From Chiloscyllium plagiosum (Eukaryota): a stretch of 64,000 bases of DNA. The notes under the pieces are model-generated. The model worked only from the letters and a program-made list of their open reading frames with translations, did not search any database and had not been told where the DNA came from. Location: assembly GCF_004010195.1 (NCBI RefSeq), contig NC_057750.1, positions 8,824,684-8,888,683 on the forward strand, given 5' to 3'. Below are positions 1 to 10,939 of the stretch, one piece after another (within the stretch, counting starts at the first letter, position 1; every line of letters begins with the position of its first letter). The translations under genes and the position numbers were made by a program.

Positions 1-36
1 TAGTTTGTTCAAAGGGTTGGCATGAGCACAATGGGC

Positions 37-246
37 TGAAAATGTGTTGCTGGAAAAGCGCAGCAGGTCAGGCAGCATCCAGGGAACAGGAGAATCGACG
101 TTTCGGGCATGAGCCCTTCTTCAGGAATCTGGGCTCATGCCCAAAACGTCGATTCTCCTGTTCCCTGGATGCTGCCTGACCTGCTGCGCTTTTCCAGCAA
201 CACATTTTCAGCTCTGATCTCCAGCATCTGCAGACCTCACTTTCTC
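37..246. mobile_element. Palindromic Penelope-derived short element with hammerhead-like core
   Basis: Long inverted arms, direct repeat catgagcacaatgggc at 21-36 and 247-262, and a minus-strand core CTGAAGA-A-GGGC-TCAT-GCCC-GAAA-CGTC at ~97-124. Confidence 0.75.
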
Positions 247-634
247 CATGAGCACAATGGGCCTTGCCTTCTGCTGGGAGATTTTATGATACTCTACGAT
301 TTTTGTGTGTGTGTTTCCCGCATCTTATGATTATGTCACTTGGGCTGAGAGCCCTTAGCAATTGCACAATTCATTGTTTAACACCAACACTTCCAGGCAA
401 TCAGGTGACCTTCAGTTATTGCTTCACTTTACAGTAGCTGTTGTTTGTGCTTGTCGGCAGACAACTGCTTCTTTTGAGCTTTCCCGAAATGAACTGTCAG
501 TCTGGTCCAGGGCTGCAATTTGCCCCCGGGTTGGCATTGCCCTCCCCACAAAGCTATTGAAGATCTCGGCCGTGGCATTGCCACAAGCTGGAGGAGTATA
601 AGGGGCTCTGTTGGCCACTATGCCCAAACGTTCA

Positions 635-750
635 CATTTTATTCATTCACAGGATATGGGTGCTGCTGTTCCATCATTTATCTGCCCATCCCTAATCGCC
701 CAGAGGGCAGTTCAGACTCAACCACATTGCAGTGGTCTGGAGTCACATGT
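635..750 (-). mobile_element. Short SINE-like derivative of the tRNA-headed LINE (tail joined to head domain)
   Basis: cccatccctaatcgccc is fused directly to agagggcagttcagactcaaccacattgc; both motifs occur at opposite ends of the longer copies. Confidence 0.55.
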
Positions 751-1045
751 CATAGGGTTATAGAGATGAACAGCGCAGAAACAGACCCTTCGGTCCAACC
801 TGTCCATGCTGACCAGATATCCTGACCTAATCTAGTCCCATTTGCCAGCACTTGGCCCATATCCCTCCAAACTCTTCCTATTCATATACCCATCCAGATG
901 CCTTTTAAATGTTGTAATTGTACCAGCCTCCACCACTTCCTCTGGCAGCTCATTCCATACATGTACCACCCTCTGCATGAAAAAGATGCCCCCTCAGGTC
1001 CTTTTTAAATCTTTCCCCTCTCACCTTAAACCTAAGCCCTCCAGT
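751..1045 (-). mobile_element. CR1/HER1-type LINE 3' end
   Basis: The reverse complement encodes VWNELPEEVVEAGT, the same C-terminus and tail as at 20525-20800. Confidence 0.85.
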
Positions 1046-1489
1046 ATGATGTCAAGATTGGGTCATTAGGTATAGTCCAGGCTGATATGGACAGATTTTT
1101 AGCCAATTTAAGGGAATCAACAGTTCTAACGCAAAGGGCAAAGGGAAGTAGATTTGGGGATTATGAGATCAGCCACTGAATGGCGGAGCAGATGAGCTGA
1201 ATGGCTTACCTCTGCTCCACTAGCTTATGTCCCTTAAGGTGCTATGTAAATGAAAGTCTTTTTCTCATGTCAACCACACTGGGCTGAACCACTGGGCGTG
1301 GGTGAGGAGTGTAATGGATAATATCTGCCTTCTCAGTCCAGAAATAAGGCTGTGATGTCCACTCATTATTACTCCAGGGTTTGTCACTTAAATAACTCCA
1401 TAGAGGCCAGTTGTACCATCCCCCTTTATTTACACATGGAGTGTCCTTGACACTGATCCAGCTCCCTCAGAACTCCTGACATTCCTCTT

Positions 1490-2951
1490 TTTGTCTTTGT
1501 TTCCCCCACACTACGGCCTGACAGCAGTAATGCTCATTTCTCCCCAGCATTCATGTCGTGTGTATGTGTGTGTGTGTGCAGGTGTCGGACACAGTGAAAA
1601 ACAACACGTGTGTAAATCTTTATTGATATTCCACCATCAGGAAGAAAGGAAACACCCGTCAGAGGGCAATGCTGTGTGATCAAACAGTAAAAGGGAGGGC
1701 AGGGATTAAATCAAAATAGAGTTGGAGGGAGAAATGATACACTCCACTCCCTGCGGTGCCCACCTCTCCCTGAAAATCTCGAGGGTGTTGTTAGACACTG
1801 CGTGATACCCCTGTTTCTTTTGTTCTAAATTTTATTAAACAATACACAGTTTACAAAACAATTAACATTAACAGCTGTATACAGAGAAGCAGCAATTTTA
1901 CAAGGGAGGGGAATGGCAAAGCCAGGCCCCAAACCCCAACATTCAACCAGTTTTCAGGGAAATGAGGACAAATCTCAAATCCCAGTTTCAGTCATCACAA
2001 AACAGTAACAATAACATTTACACAGAAAAGGCAAAAGTGAGGACTGCAGATGCTGGAAACCAGAGTTTAGATCAGAGTGGTGCTAGACAAGCACAGCAGG
2101 TCAGGCAGCGTCCGAGGAGCAGGAAAATTGATGTTTTGGGCAAAAGCCCTTCATCAGGAATAGAGGTAGGAGGTGTCCAGGGTGGAGAGATAAATGGAGG
2201 CAAAAGACAGTCCAATTACAAAAAAAGTGATTCAACAGACCCCCAGCAAGCCATTGTCCCTCCCACTCTAAGGCAACCTGCCCCACGCCCCTTCCGGCTC
2301 TCGGTCCACCCTGACACACCTTCCGGCCACCTGTAGGACAGCCTGTCCTGCTTCCCAACCCCACCCGCCGGGGGTGGCAGCACTGAGGACAGCTGACCCG
2401 CCTTCCAGCTCTCGGCCTGCCCTAACGTACCATTGGGCTCTCACCCACCCCAATGCGCCATCTGGCCTGTGGACTGCCTTGACACACCTTCCGGCCACCT
2501 CTAGGATAGCCCGTCCCCTTCCCTGGGACGACAGTGCACAGGGCAGCCACACTCCTGTTTCTATTTTTTTTTTATACACTCAAATTAGGCAAACACCCGA
2601 GTGGCCAGTGACAAACACTGCCCTTCTCAAAGGGCAGTGCTGTGTGATCAAAAACAGTGAAGGGGAGGGTAGGAATCTCCTGTTTATTTTTTTTTTCCCT
2701 CTTTTTTCCCCACACTACCACCTAAGTGCGGTAGTGCTTATTTTATCCCCCGCACCCATGGTGTGTGTGTATACGTGTGAAACACAGTGAAGGACACAAA
2801 GTGCACGAATCTTTATTCAATTTCCACCACCAGGAAGATAGGAAAACACCCAGGTGGCCAGTGACAAACACTGCCCTTCACATCAAAGGGCAGTGCTGTG
2901 TGATCAAAACAGTGAAAGGGAGGGTAGGGACTAAATCAAAATAGAGTTGGA
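1490..2951 (-). mobile_element. Four stacked 5'-truncated poly(A)-tailed non-LTR elements (Tx1/L1-like 3' ends)
   Basis: Three copies of one family (~1490-1800, 2564-2674, 2687-2951) and one of another (~1818-2548). Each starts with a T-rich run on +; most carry tttatt (AATAAA on minus). Clade assignment is inference. Confidence 0.55.
2030..2200 (-). mobile_element. Penelope-type terminal repeat with decayed hammerhead core
   Basis: aaagtgaggactgcagatgctgg...gggcaaaagcccttcatcagga; same family as 37-246, with GAAA mutated to AAAA. Confidence 0.7.
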
Positions 2952-3067
2952 ACACTCTTGTTTCTATGTGTCAGCCAGGACTCCCTGATTGGACCAGGTT
3001 AACAGCCCCAATCAGGGAACTCAGATTATATGAGGTCCACCTGGCTGACCTCGTTACTACCTCTACA

Positions 3068-4110
3068 TCCCTCTCCCTCTGAGTCTGAGGACACGGGCTG
3101 ATCCTCCCGGGGTGTTTTAGCACTGGGTCAAGTTTCTCTGAGATGGACAGTGTGTAATGCACAGGAGCTCACATCTGGCGTCCAGAGTGTCTCGGAAGAA
3201 ATTTATTCTCTTCTTCAGGTGGCAAAGGTATCGACACGGAGACATCTGCTGTTTCCATCTCCGACTCAGTTACCCAGGAATTCCCAGGAATGCTGGCGGT
3301 AACTTTTGTCCTTGTTGGCACTTTGGGCACTGCCCCACCCACGCGGCCAGGTCTGCATCCAATCCCTGGCCACTTCGCGCCAACATCTTTAGTTCAGAAA
3401 CTCTTGGTTCAACCAGAACCTTTGCTCGGGACAATCACTTTTGCTCCCCATAATACCTTCCCAGTAGCTGTAACATTGCATTCTGCATTCTGTTCTGTTA
3501 CCCTGGCATCCTCCACTGTGATCTGGTCTCCCCGGGTCCAAAAAGGTTTAAATTCTGGTTATGATGGACCCTTGGCTTCCCCCCATCACCATCAGCTGTT
3601 TCAGGTTTCTCTGACATTATCAGCTGTGACTGGGAGGGTGACCAGAAAATATAAACCATGACAGACTCTTCCAGTGTTTCTACCAGTGGGAGGTTGCTCA
3701 ATGCATCTGCATTTGCTACTTGGTCAGTGTTCCAACTTGTAATTATACGCTGAGGAAAGGTCACTGGACCGGAAACATCACTCTGATTTCTCTCCATGGA
3801 TGCTGCCAGACCTGCTGAGCTTTTCCAGCAGTTTCTGATTTTGTTTGTAATTAGTATTAGAGCCCACCACCAAAGCTGTGGGCGACACTGGCTTGTCCTC
3901 TTTAAGTCGACCCAACAAGGGCTTTGTATTTCGTTATTATTACAAATTTACATCCGCAAAAGTATTGGTGGAACTTCCTGACTCCAAGTATGGCCCCCAA
4001 ACCTTCCTTCTCTATCTGGGTGTATTTACGCTCTGCGTTAGACTGAGGATGTATACCTGGGAACCTTTACAGATTAACGACAACTTTGGTTCTGGTCTCA
4101 GGTGAGAAAC
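3068..4110 (-). mobile_element. Degenerate Ty3/Gypsy pol remnant (RNase H and integrase zinc-finger region)
   Basis: Minus-strand fragments GVRKFHQYF.GCKFVII, ANADALSNLP (ORF 3498..3797) and WPGLDAD...QCPKCQ. Interrupted by a Penelope-type repeat at ~3750-3850. Confidence 0.75.
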
Positions 4111-4129
4111 AACTGGTTCAGTTATCACT

Positions 4130-4478
4130 GATAAATGCGGATTTCAGCAGCTTCTTCATTCCCCACCCCCCACATTATCCCAATCCCAAGCCTCCAACTC
4201 GGAACTGCCCTCCATACCCGTTCATCACTCCCCCCTCTGACCTGTCACCTTCTCCCTCACCTTCATCCACCTATCACTTTCCCAGTCCCATCTCCCCAGG
4301 CCCATTCCCCTCCCATTTATCTCTCAGCTCCCCGACCCACAAGCCTCATTCCTGTTAAAGGGATTCTGCCCGAAATGTCGAATCTCCTGCTCCTCGGATG
4401 CTGCCTGACCTGTTGTGCCTTTCCAGCCCCACACTCTCGACTCTGATCTCCAGCATCTGCAGTGCTCACATGTCTCCT
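4130..4478 (+). mobile_element. Penelope-like element 3' end with terminal repeat
   Basis: INADFSSF C-terminal remnant, pyrimidine-rich UTR, then a decayed core (attcctgttaaagggattctgcccgaaatgtcgaat) and the gatgctgcctgacctg repeat. Confidence 0.7.
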
Positions 4479-4927
4479 AGTTCCCACTGACTGTAGGAAA
4501 AGGCTTGGACTGGTCCTGATGGGGTGAAATTGATTGAGAAAGGTTCACCCAGATTGGCTCAATAATTTTCAATTCGAAAATGGCTGCCTCAGTGGAGTCC
4601 TAATTAAATACCTGGAAGTGTTCCAGGAAAGGTTAGGGACTATTAAAGGAGCCAGGTCATGTTGAACTGGAAGCAATTCCACCATTCGGCAAGGCCTGCC
4701 CAGTGCCATTTATCTGGTAGAGATCCATTCTGCCGGACAGATTTAGCAAACTGAGGAGAGGAGTGGTTGTGGTGTCTGTGAACTTTCAGCAAGTAGGTTT
4801 TGGAGACGGAGGTTATAGTGTCACAGAGGCATGACGAGACTTAATTGTTATGAGCTCTCAGTGCTACTGTGATCTCTTTCCCCCGCTGCTGCTCCTATAT
4901 TCTGCCCCACCCCCATCTCCTCCACCC

Positions 4928-5268
4928 CAACACATACACAGATGCATACGCTCACATATAGACACACACAGATACAGACACGCACACACAGATAGACATC
5001 CACATGTATATATAGACACACACATACAGACACGTAGACGGACTCAAAAACACACATATACACAGACACATATAGACAACGCACATTTACACAGACATAT
5101 ACACACACAGACATATACATATACACACACAGACACAAACATACAGTGGTACAGAAGTGTGTGCACACACACTCACCTACACTAACACACATACTCATAC
5201 TAACAGACACTAACACAGACATACGCTCACACAGTAACACATTTACACTCACACACACACACACACAT
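4928..5268 (+). repeat. Degenerate (CA)n/(CAGA)n microsatellite
   Basis: Direct inspection; explains the low-complexity ORFs at 4848-5264. Confidence 0.9.
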
Positions 5269-5507
5269 CCATTTATATAAACAATTTGCTACGTGCAGTG
5301 AAACACTGGCAACACAGCATTGTGGGTAAGTCTAGCTCACGCTGTGGATACCATGACCCAGGGCTCCATGTATTTCAGCTCTCAATTCTATTGTAACCTT
5401 TGAACATGAGGAGCTAGCAATGTGTCAACTGAGAGACCCGCTGCAGTGAGGGACAGCCCCCACACCCGTATCCCAATCCCCCACACCCCCTCCCCCCCCC
5501 CCCCCCC

Positions 5508-5564
<57 letters not shown>

Positions 5565-6132
5565 CCNNNNNNNNNNNNNNNNNNNNNNNNNNNNNNNNNN
5601 NNNNNNNNNNNNNNNNNNNNNNNNNNNNNNNNNNNNNNNNNNNNNNNNNNNNNNNNNNNNNNNNNNNNNNNNNNNNNNNNNNNNNNNNCCCTCCTACATG
5701 CCTCCCCACCCACTCCCACGCCTCTCCGCCCAAACCCCCCCCACACACATCCTCCATCTCCATCACACGTTTACTCAATAACTTCACATTAGGAACCACA
5801 CAATGACACCTCAGAATGGTTCCAGCACAGAGAGGCCATTCCTTCCTTCGGGATCCTGCAAACCCTCCTCAGGAATAGTGCAGCTATTCTCCAATAACCA
5901 CCCAACCTGCAGCTTCAGCTGAACATCCAATTCTCCATCCTCCCTTTCCCATTCCCTTAAACACCTCAATGAGTTCAGAACTCTCCTCGGTGGGACAACT
6001 GAGGGAATATGTCCTTTCCAACCCACCAGGGATTCAGGATTCAGGCTTTGAGGGGCATTGGGAGTGTTGGCAGAAATCAGAAAGGGATTTCAAACATTTC
6101 AAAAGGTGCAGTTGATCACAGTTTGCTGGTTA

Positions 6133-6455
6133 ATCATAGAATCCCTACAGTGTGGAAACAGGCCCTTCCGCCCAGCAAGTCCACACTGACCCTCTGAAGA
6201 GTATCCCACCCACACCCATTCCACTATTACTCCACATTTATCCCTGACAAATGCACCTAACCTACTTAGTATGGCAATCCACCCTAACCTGCACATCTTT
6301 GGACTGTGGGAGGAAACCAGGGCACCCGGAGGAAACCCGCGCAGACACAGGGAGAATGTGCAAACTCCGCACAGACAGTCGCCCAAGGGTGGAATCGAAC
6401 CTGGGTCCCTGGCGCTGTGAGGCAGCAGTGCTAACCACTGAGCCACCGTGCCACC
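6133..6455 (-). mobile_element. HE1-type tRNA-derived V-SINE, full length
   Basis: Head GGTGGCACGGTGGCTCAGTGG (A box) and GGTTCGATTCC (B box), central domain, and a tail shared with the CR1-type LINE. Confidence 0.85.
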
Positions 6456-6749
6456 CCTTTAAGGGGTCTCAATGCTGACCAAACCAAGCTGGGCACACTG
6501 CAATAAGCTTCAGATCGGTGCTGGGGAAACGGAACAACGTAGCAGGTTCAAGGGGCTGAATGGCCTTCAGTCACTTGGGCTCGAATCATTGGAATTTCCT
6601 CCAAAAGCATCTCTGACTTTTCCCCATTCCACCCCAGTCTCTCTCTCCATCTCTCTCTTCCTCTCTGTTTCCATTTCTCTCTGTCTATCTCTTTCTCTTT
6701 CCCTCTCTCTGTCTTCCTTTATCTATTTTTGTCTCTTTCCTTCTCTTTC

Positions 6750-7195
6750 TGTAAGTTTGCAGAAGACACCAAAATTGGAGGTGTAGTGGACAGTGAAAAA
6801 GGTTATCTCAGATTACAATGGGACCGTGAACAGATGGGCCAATGGGCTGAGAAGTGGCAGATGGATTTTAATTCGGATAAATGCAAGGTGCTGCATTTTG
6901 GGAAAGCAAATCTTAGCAGGACTTATACACTTAATGGTAAGGTCCTAGGGAGTGCTGCTGAACAAAGAGACCTTGGAGTGCAGGTTCATAGCTCCTTGGA
7001 AGTAGAGTCGCAGGTAGACAGGATAGTGAAGGAGGCGTTTGATATGCTTTCCTTGATTGGTCAGTGTATTGAGTACAGGAGTTGTGATATAATGGTGTGG
7101 CTGTTCAGAACATTAGTTAGGACACATTAGTCTGGAATACTGTGTTCAACTCTTGTGCCCTGCTTTAGGAAAGATGTTGTGAAACTTGAAAGGGG
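6750..7195 (+). mobile_element. CR1/HER1 LINE reverse transcriptase fragment
   Basis: KFAEDTKIGG...WAEKWQMDFNSDKCKVLHFG...QRDLGVQVHSSL in ORF 6729..7130. Confidence 0.9.
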
Positions 7196-7639
7196 TCAGA
7201 AATATCGATTTTCCTGCTCCTCGGATGCTGCCTGACCTGCTGTGCTTTTCCAGCAACACACTCTCAACTCTGATCACCAGCACCTGTAGACTTCCCTGTC
7301 TCCCATCACTGAGCAAGGCCAGCGTTTGCTGCCTCTCTCTAATTGCCCCTGAGGGCCTTTCCAGAGGGCAGTTAAGAATGGAGCACATTGCTGTGTCTGG
7401 AGTCATGTGTAGGCTGGACCAGGCAAGGACAGCAGATTTCCTATCCTTAAAGGACATTAATGGACCCAGACAATTACAACAACCAATAATTAAAACATTT
7501 TGGTCACCGTTATATAATTCCCCATTTTATTAATTGAATTTAAATTATACCAGCTGCCCTGATGGGATTTGAACCAACTGCTGTCCTCATGAATTACAGT
7601 TCCTAGTCCATTGACATTACCAGTGCACCAGTCTCATAG

Positions 7640-7976
7640 CACCACAGTGGCTCAGTGGTTAGCACTGCTGCCTCACAACACCAGGGGACCCAGATTTTAT
7701 TCCAGGCGACTGGGTGGAGTTTGCATATTCTTCCCGTGTCTGTGTGGGTTTCCTCTTGGTGCTCTGGTTTCCTCCCATAATCCAAAGAGTTCCAGTTAGG
7801 GTGGATTGGCAATGCTAAATTGCCCCACAGTGCCCAGAGATGTGTAGGTTAGGTGGATTAGCCGTGGAGAGTGCAGGGTTACAGCGATAGAGTACGGGGG
7901 GTTGGAATGCTCTTCAGAGGGTCAATGTGGACTTAATGGGCCGAATGGCTTCTTCCAAACTGTAGGAATTCTATAA
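7640..7976 (+). mobile_element. HE1-type V-SINE
   Basis: gtggctcagtggttagcactgctgcctcac head and conserved body and tail. Confidence 0.8.
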
Positions 7977-8006
7977 TCTCCCCAAAATGTTCTTTAAAAC
8001 CCACCT

Positions 8007-8428
8007 CATAGAGTTGTGTAGAATGAAAACTGACCCTTTGGTCCAACTCTTCCTTGCCAACCAGATATCCTAAATTAATTTAGTTCCATTTGGCCCATAT
8101 CTTTCTAAGTCCTTCCTAATCACGAACCCATCAGATGCTCTTTAAATGCTGTAATTGTACCAGCCTCCACCACTTCCTCTGGCAGCTCATCCCACACATG
8201 CACCACCCTCTGCATGAAATGTTGCTCCTGAGATCCCTTTTAAATCTTTCCCCCCTCACCCTCAACCTTTGCCCTCTAGTTTTGGACTCCTTTAACCTGG
8301 GGAGTTCTGCTTATCCATGCCCCTCATGATTTTATAAACCTCTATAAGGTCACCCCTCAGCCTCCGACGCTCCAGGGAAAGCAGCCCCAGCCTGTTCAGC
8401 CTCTCCCTATAGCTCAAACCCTCTTCAA
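8007..8428 (-). mobile_element. CR1/HER1 LINE 3' end
   Basis: LSYRERLNRLGLLSLERRRLRGDLIEVYKIMRG in ORF 8292..8483. Confidence 0.9.
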
Positions 8429-9099
8429 ACAAGCGTTTGATCATCTGCCCCAATACCATCCGATACAGCTCGGCATTACACAACCCCCGCCTCTGGGGTG
8501 TTTTACTACATCCAGGACGCTATGTAAATGCAGGTTGTCGCTGCCGGTTTTGAAAGCAGCGCGGTGTAACCGAGGGGCAGGGGAGTTTTATCCATGTCTC
8601 TGCTGTCCCTTACTTGACCCTCACAGCCAGCCAATTTGCTGCTTGCACTATTTAATCTGAGGATCAGACTCAGGGGATTATATAATTAATCTGAGATTAT
8701 TCCCTGTCTGTGTAACATGCATGTCCCCATGTGCCCCAGCAAAACTATTCCTCCCTTCTGTGGTGATTGCGCTGTTCCAGTTTAACTTAGACTTAAAAGC
8801 AGGAATTGAATGCCTTACTGACAATGGTGACTGTGTCATAATTCATACCAAATGCCATTCAACTATTCCTCTCTTCCTCATCGATCTGCTTTCTCACTGA
8901 AAGCACTTTGATTCTGGAAAACCCGTCCTTTTTTCAAAACCTTCCCTGGCCTTGCTCTTCCTGTTCCCTGTATACCTTCCCCTGGCTCAAGAAATAGGAG
9001 CTGGATTGGAGCTTTCGGTCTGGCGAGCCAGCTTCTATAATCAACACAATTGTGTTAAAGCAAAGTACTTTGGATGTCAGAGTGCTGAAATGGAAAGAG

Positions 9100-9510
9100 A
9101 AAAGGCTGGAGAAACTAAGCAGGTCTGGCAGCATCTGTGTGGGTGGGGGGGGGGGGGGGGGAGAGAGAGAGAGAGAAAAGAACTATTAACATTACAAGTT
9201 AGAAACACAGACAGTGCTGGAGAAACTCAGCAAGTCTGGCTGCATCTCTGGTGAGAGAGAGAGAAAAACAGTTAATATTATAGGTTATAAACACAGAGTG
9301 CTGGAGAAACTCAGCAGGTCTGGCAGCATCTCTGGTGAGAGAGAGAGAGAAAAACAATTAACATTACAAATTAGATACACAGAGAGTGCTGGAGAAACTC
9401 AGCAGGTCTGGCAGCATCTGTAGCGAGAGAGAGAGAAAAACAGAGTTAATGTTCCAGGTTATGAACACAGAAAGTGCTGGAGAAACTCAGCAGGTCTGGC
9501 AGCATCTTTG
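9100..9510. repeat. Five tandem ~85-110 bp units of a Penelope-type terminal repeat
   Basis: gctggagaaactcagcaggtctggcagcatct recurs at ~9104, 9214, 9298, 9386 and 9474, with (GA)n spacers. Confidence 0.8.
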
Positions 9511-10440
9511 GGGAGAGGCACTGAATAGGATTGGAAAGTATTGGCCTTTTTGTGCTGTGGACAGAGCGGAATGAGGAGTAAGTGGAACAGGTGCTGAGGG
9601 TGCCCAGAGCAAAAGACAAAAGGAGTGTTAATAATGTTAGTAAAGGAGTGATCGTGATGTAAAATAGGTGTTAATGGCAGCTGTGAATAGCCAATGAAAG
9701 GTTGGCTTTGCAAAAAGTAGACCCTTACAAACAAGACACAGGAGAGAAGGGCTCAAACTGAGGAGTCTGTTTATGTTCTAAAGCTGTTGAACTGAATACT
9801 GTACATAGCCGAACGAGGGAATGAGGTGCTGTTCCTGCAGCGAGTGTTGTATTTTTCTGGATGACCACAACAAGCCCAGGACAGAAATATTAACATGAGA
9901 GCAAGATGGTTTACTGAAATGAGGAGGAACTGGGAAGGTGGGAGTTATTCCTATGGGCAGAGCGGTGGTGTTCCACAAAGCGGTCACCCAGTCCGTGTTT
10001 GACCTCCCTGATGTAGAGGCCACCTCATTGTGAGTAGATTGCAAAAAGCACAACTGAAAGCTCCTTCCCCTGGAAGGTGTGGACAGTGAGGTGAACGGGC
10101 AAGTGTTCCACCTCCTGCGCTGGGAAGGGGACGAGGAAACATGAGGAGCAATGGAGGATTGGACCAGGGCGTCCCAGAGGGAACAGTCCCTGTAGAAGGC
10201 TGACAGTGAGGGGGGAGGGGTAGATGTGTTTGGTGGTGACATCCTGCTGGAAGTAGTGGAAATAGTGTAGGAAGATCCTTTGAATGTGGATACTGGAGGG
10301 GTGGGAGAGTGAGGACAAGAGGAACTTTATCGATGTTCTGGGGATAATGGGAAGGGGTAAAGGCAGAATTAAGGGAGGTGGCACAGACAAGGCTAATGGC
10401 CCTTTTAACCAGCGAGGAGAGAAATCCTCAGTTGAGACAA
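9510..10440 (-). mobile_element. Degenerate Penelope-like element (GIY-YIG endonuclease region)
   Basis: PLSAFYRDCSLWDALVQS and HFSKPSCSHVNISVLGLL...LQEQHLI in ORF 9778..10242, homologous to 23425-23960. Confidence 0.7.
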
Positions 10441-10454
10441 AATGAGCACTTTGT

Positions 10455-10745
10455 TATTTATTCACTTGTACGACATGGGCGTCATTGGCTGGGCCAGCAT
10501 TTATAGCCCCGTTCCTAATTGCCCCTTGAGAAGGTGGGGGTGAGCTGCCTTCTTGAACCACTGCAGTCTGTGTGCTGTAGGTTGGTCCACAATGCCATTA
10601 CTGAGGGAATTACAGGATTTTGACCCAGTGACTGTGAAGAAACGGTGATATATTTCCAAGTCAGGATGGTGAGTGACTTGGAGGGGAACTTGCAGGGGGT
10701 GGTGTTCCCATGTCTCTGCTGCCCTGGTCCTTCTAGATGGAGGGG
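10455..10745 (-). mobile_element. 3' tail of the tRNA-headed LINE family
   Basis: Matches 15470-15770, 21750-22080 and 59500-59820 (gccccttgagaaggtgg...cttcttgaacc). Confidence 0.7.
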
Positions 10746-10754
10746 GCATTTACC

Positions 10755-10930
10755 GGTGGAAGTGAACGATTCTATGACACTATTTCGAAGAACAACAGTG
10801 GAATTATCCCACATGTCCTGACCAATATTTATCCCTTGACCATTATCTTTAAAACCTGCTTGATCCCACGTGGCTGTTTATGGGAACTTGCTGTGTGCTA
10901 ATTGGGTGTTGCATTTCCAGATTACAGCAT
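10755..10930 (+). mobile_element. DeuSINE-like (SacSINE1/AmnSINE1-related) central domain fragment
   Basis: cactatttcgaagaa...gtcctgaccaatatttatccct...tgggaacttgctgtgtgc resembles the Deu-domain consensus as I recall it; unverified. Confidence 0.55.
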
Positions 10931-10939
10931 CATTTCAAC

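Larger units (their letters stand above)
1310..3067 (-). mobile_element. LTR of a Gypsy-type element, split by a stack of insertions at 1490-2951
   Basis: The minus strand begins TGTAGAGG at 3067, immediately after a polypurine tract (AGGGAGAGGGA, 3068-3078) and next to the pol remnant. The left boundary is uncertain. Confidence 0.55.

Noticed and set aside
4848..5264. VCVCV / HTHT ORFs
   Set aside because: Microsatellite translations.
5414..5799. Poly-Pro/poly-Gly ORFs; also G-runs at ~9143, ~18049 and ~21923
   Set aside because: Homopolymer runs, one abutting an N-gap; likely sequencing artefact or simple repeat.
6380..6455. tRNA gene-like A/B boxes (here and in other SINE heads)
   Set aside because: They are embedded in HE1 SINE bodies and are not free-standing tRNA genes.
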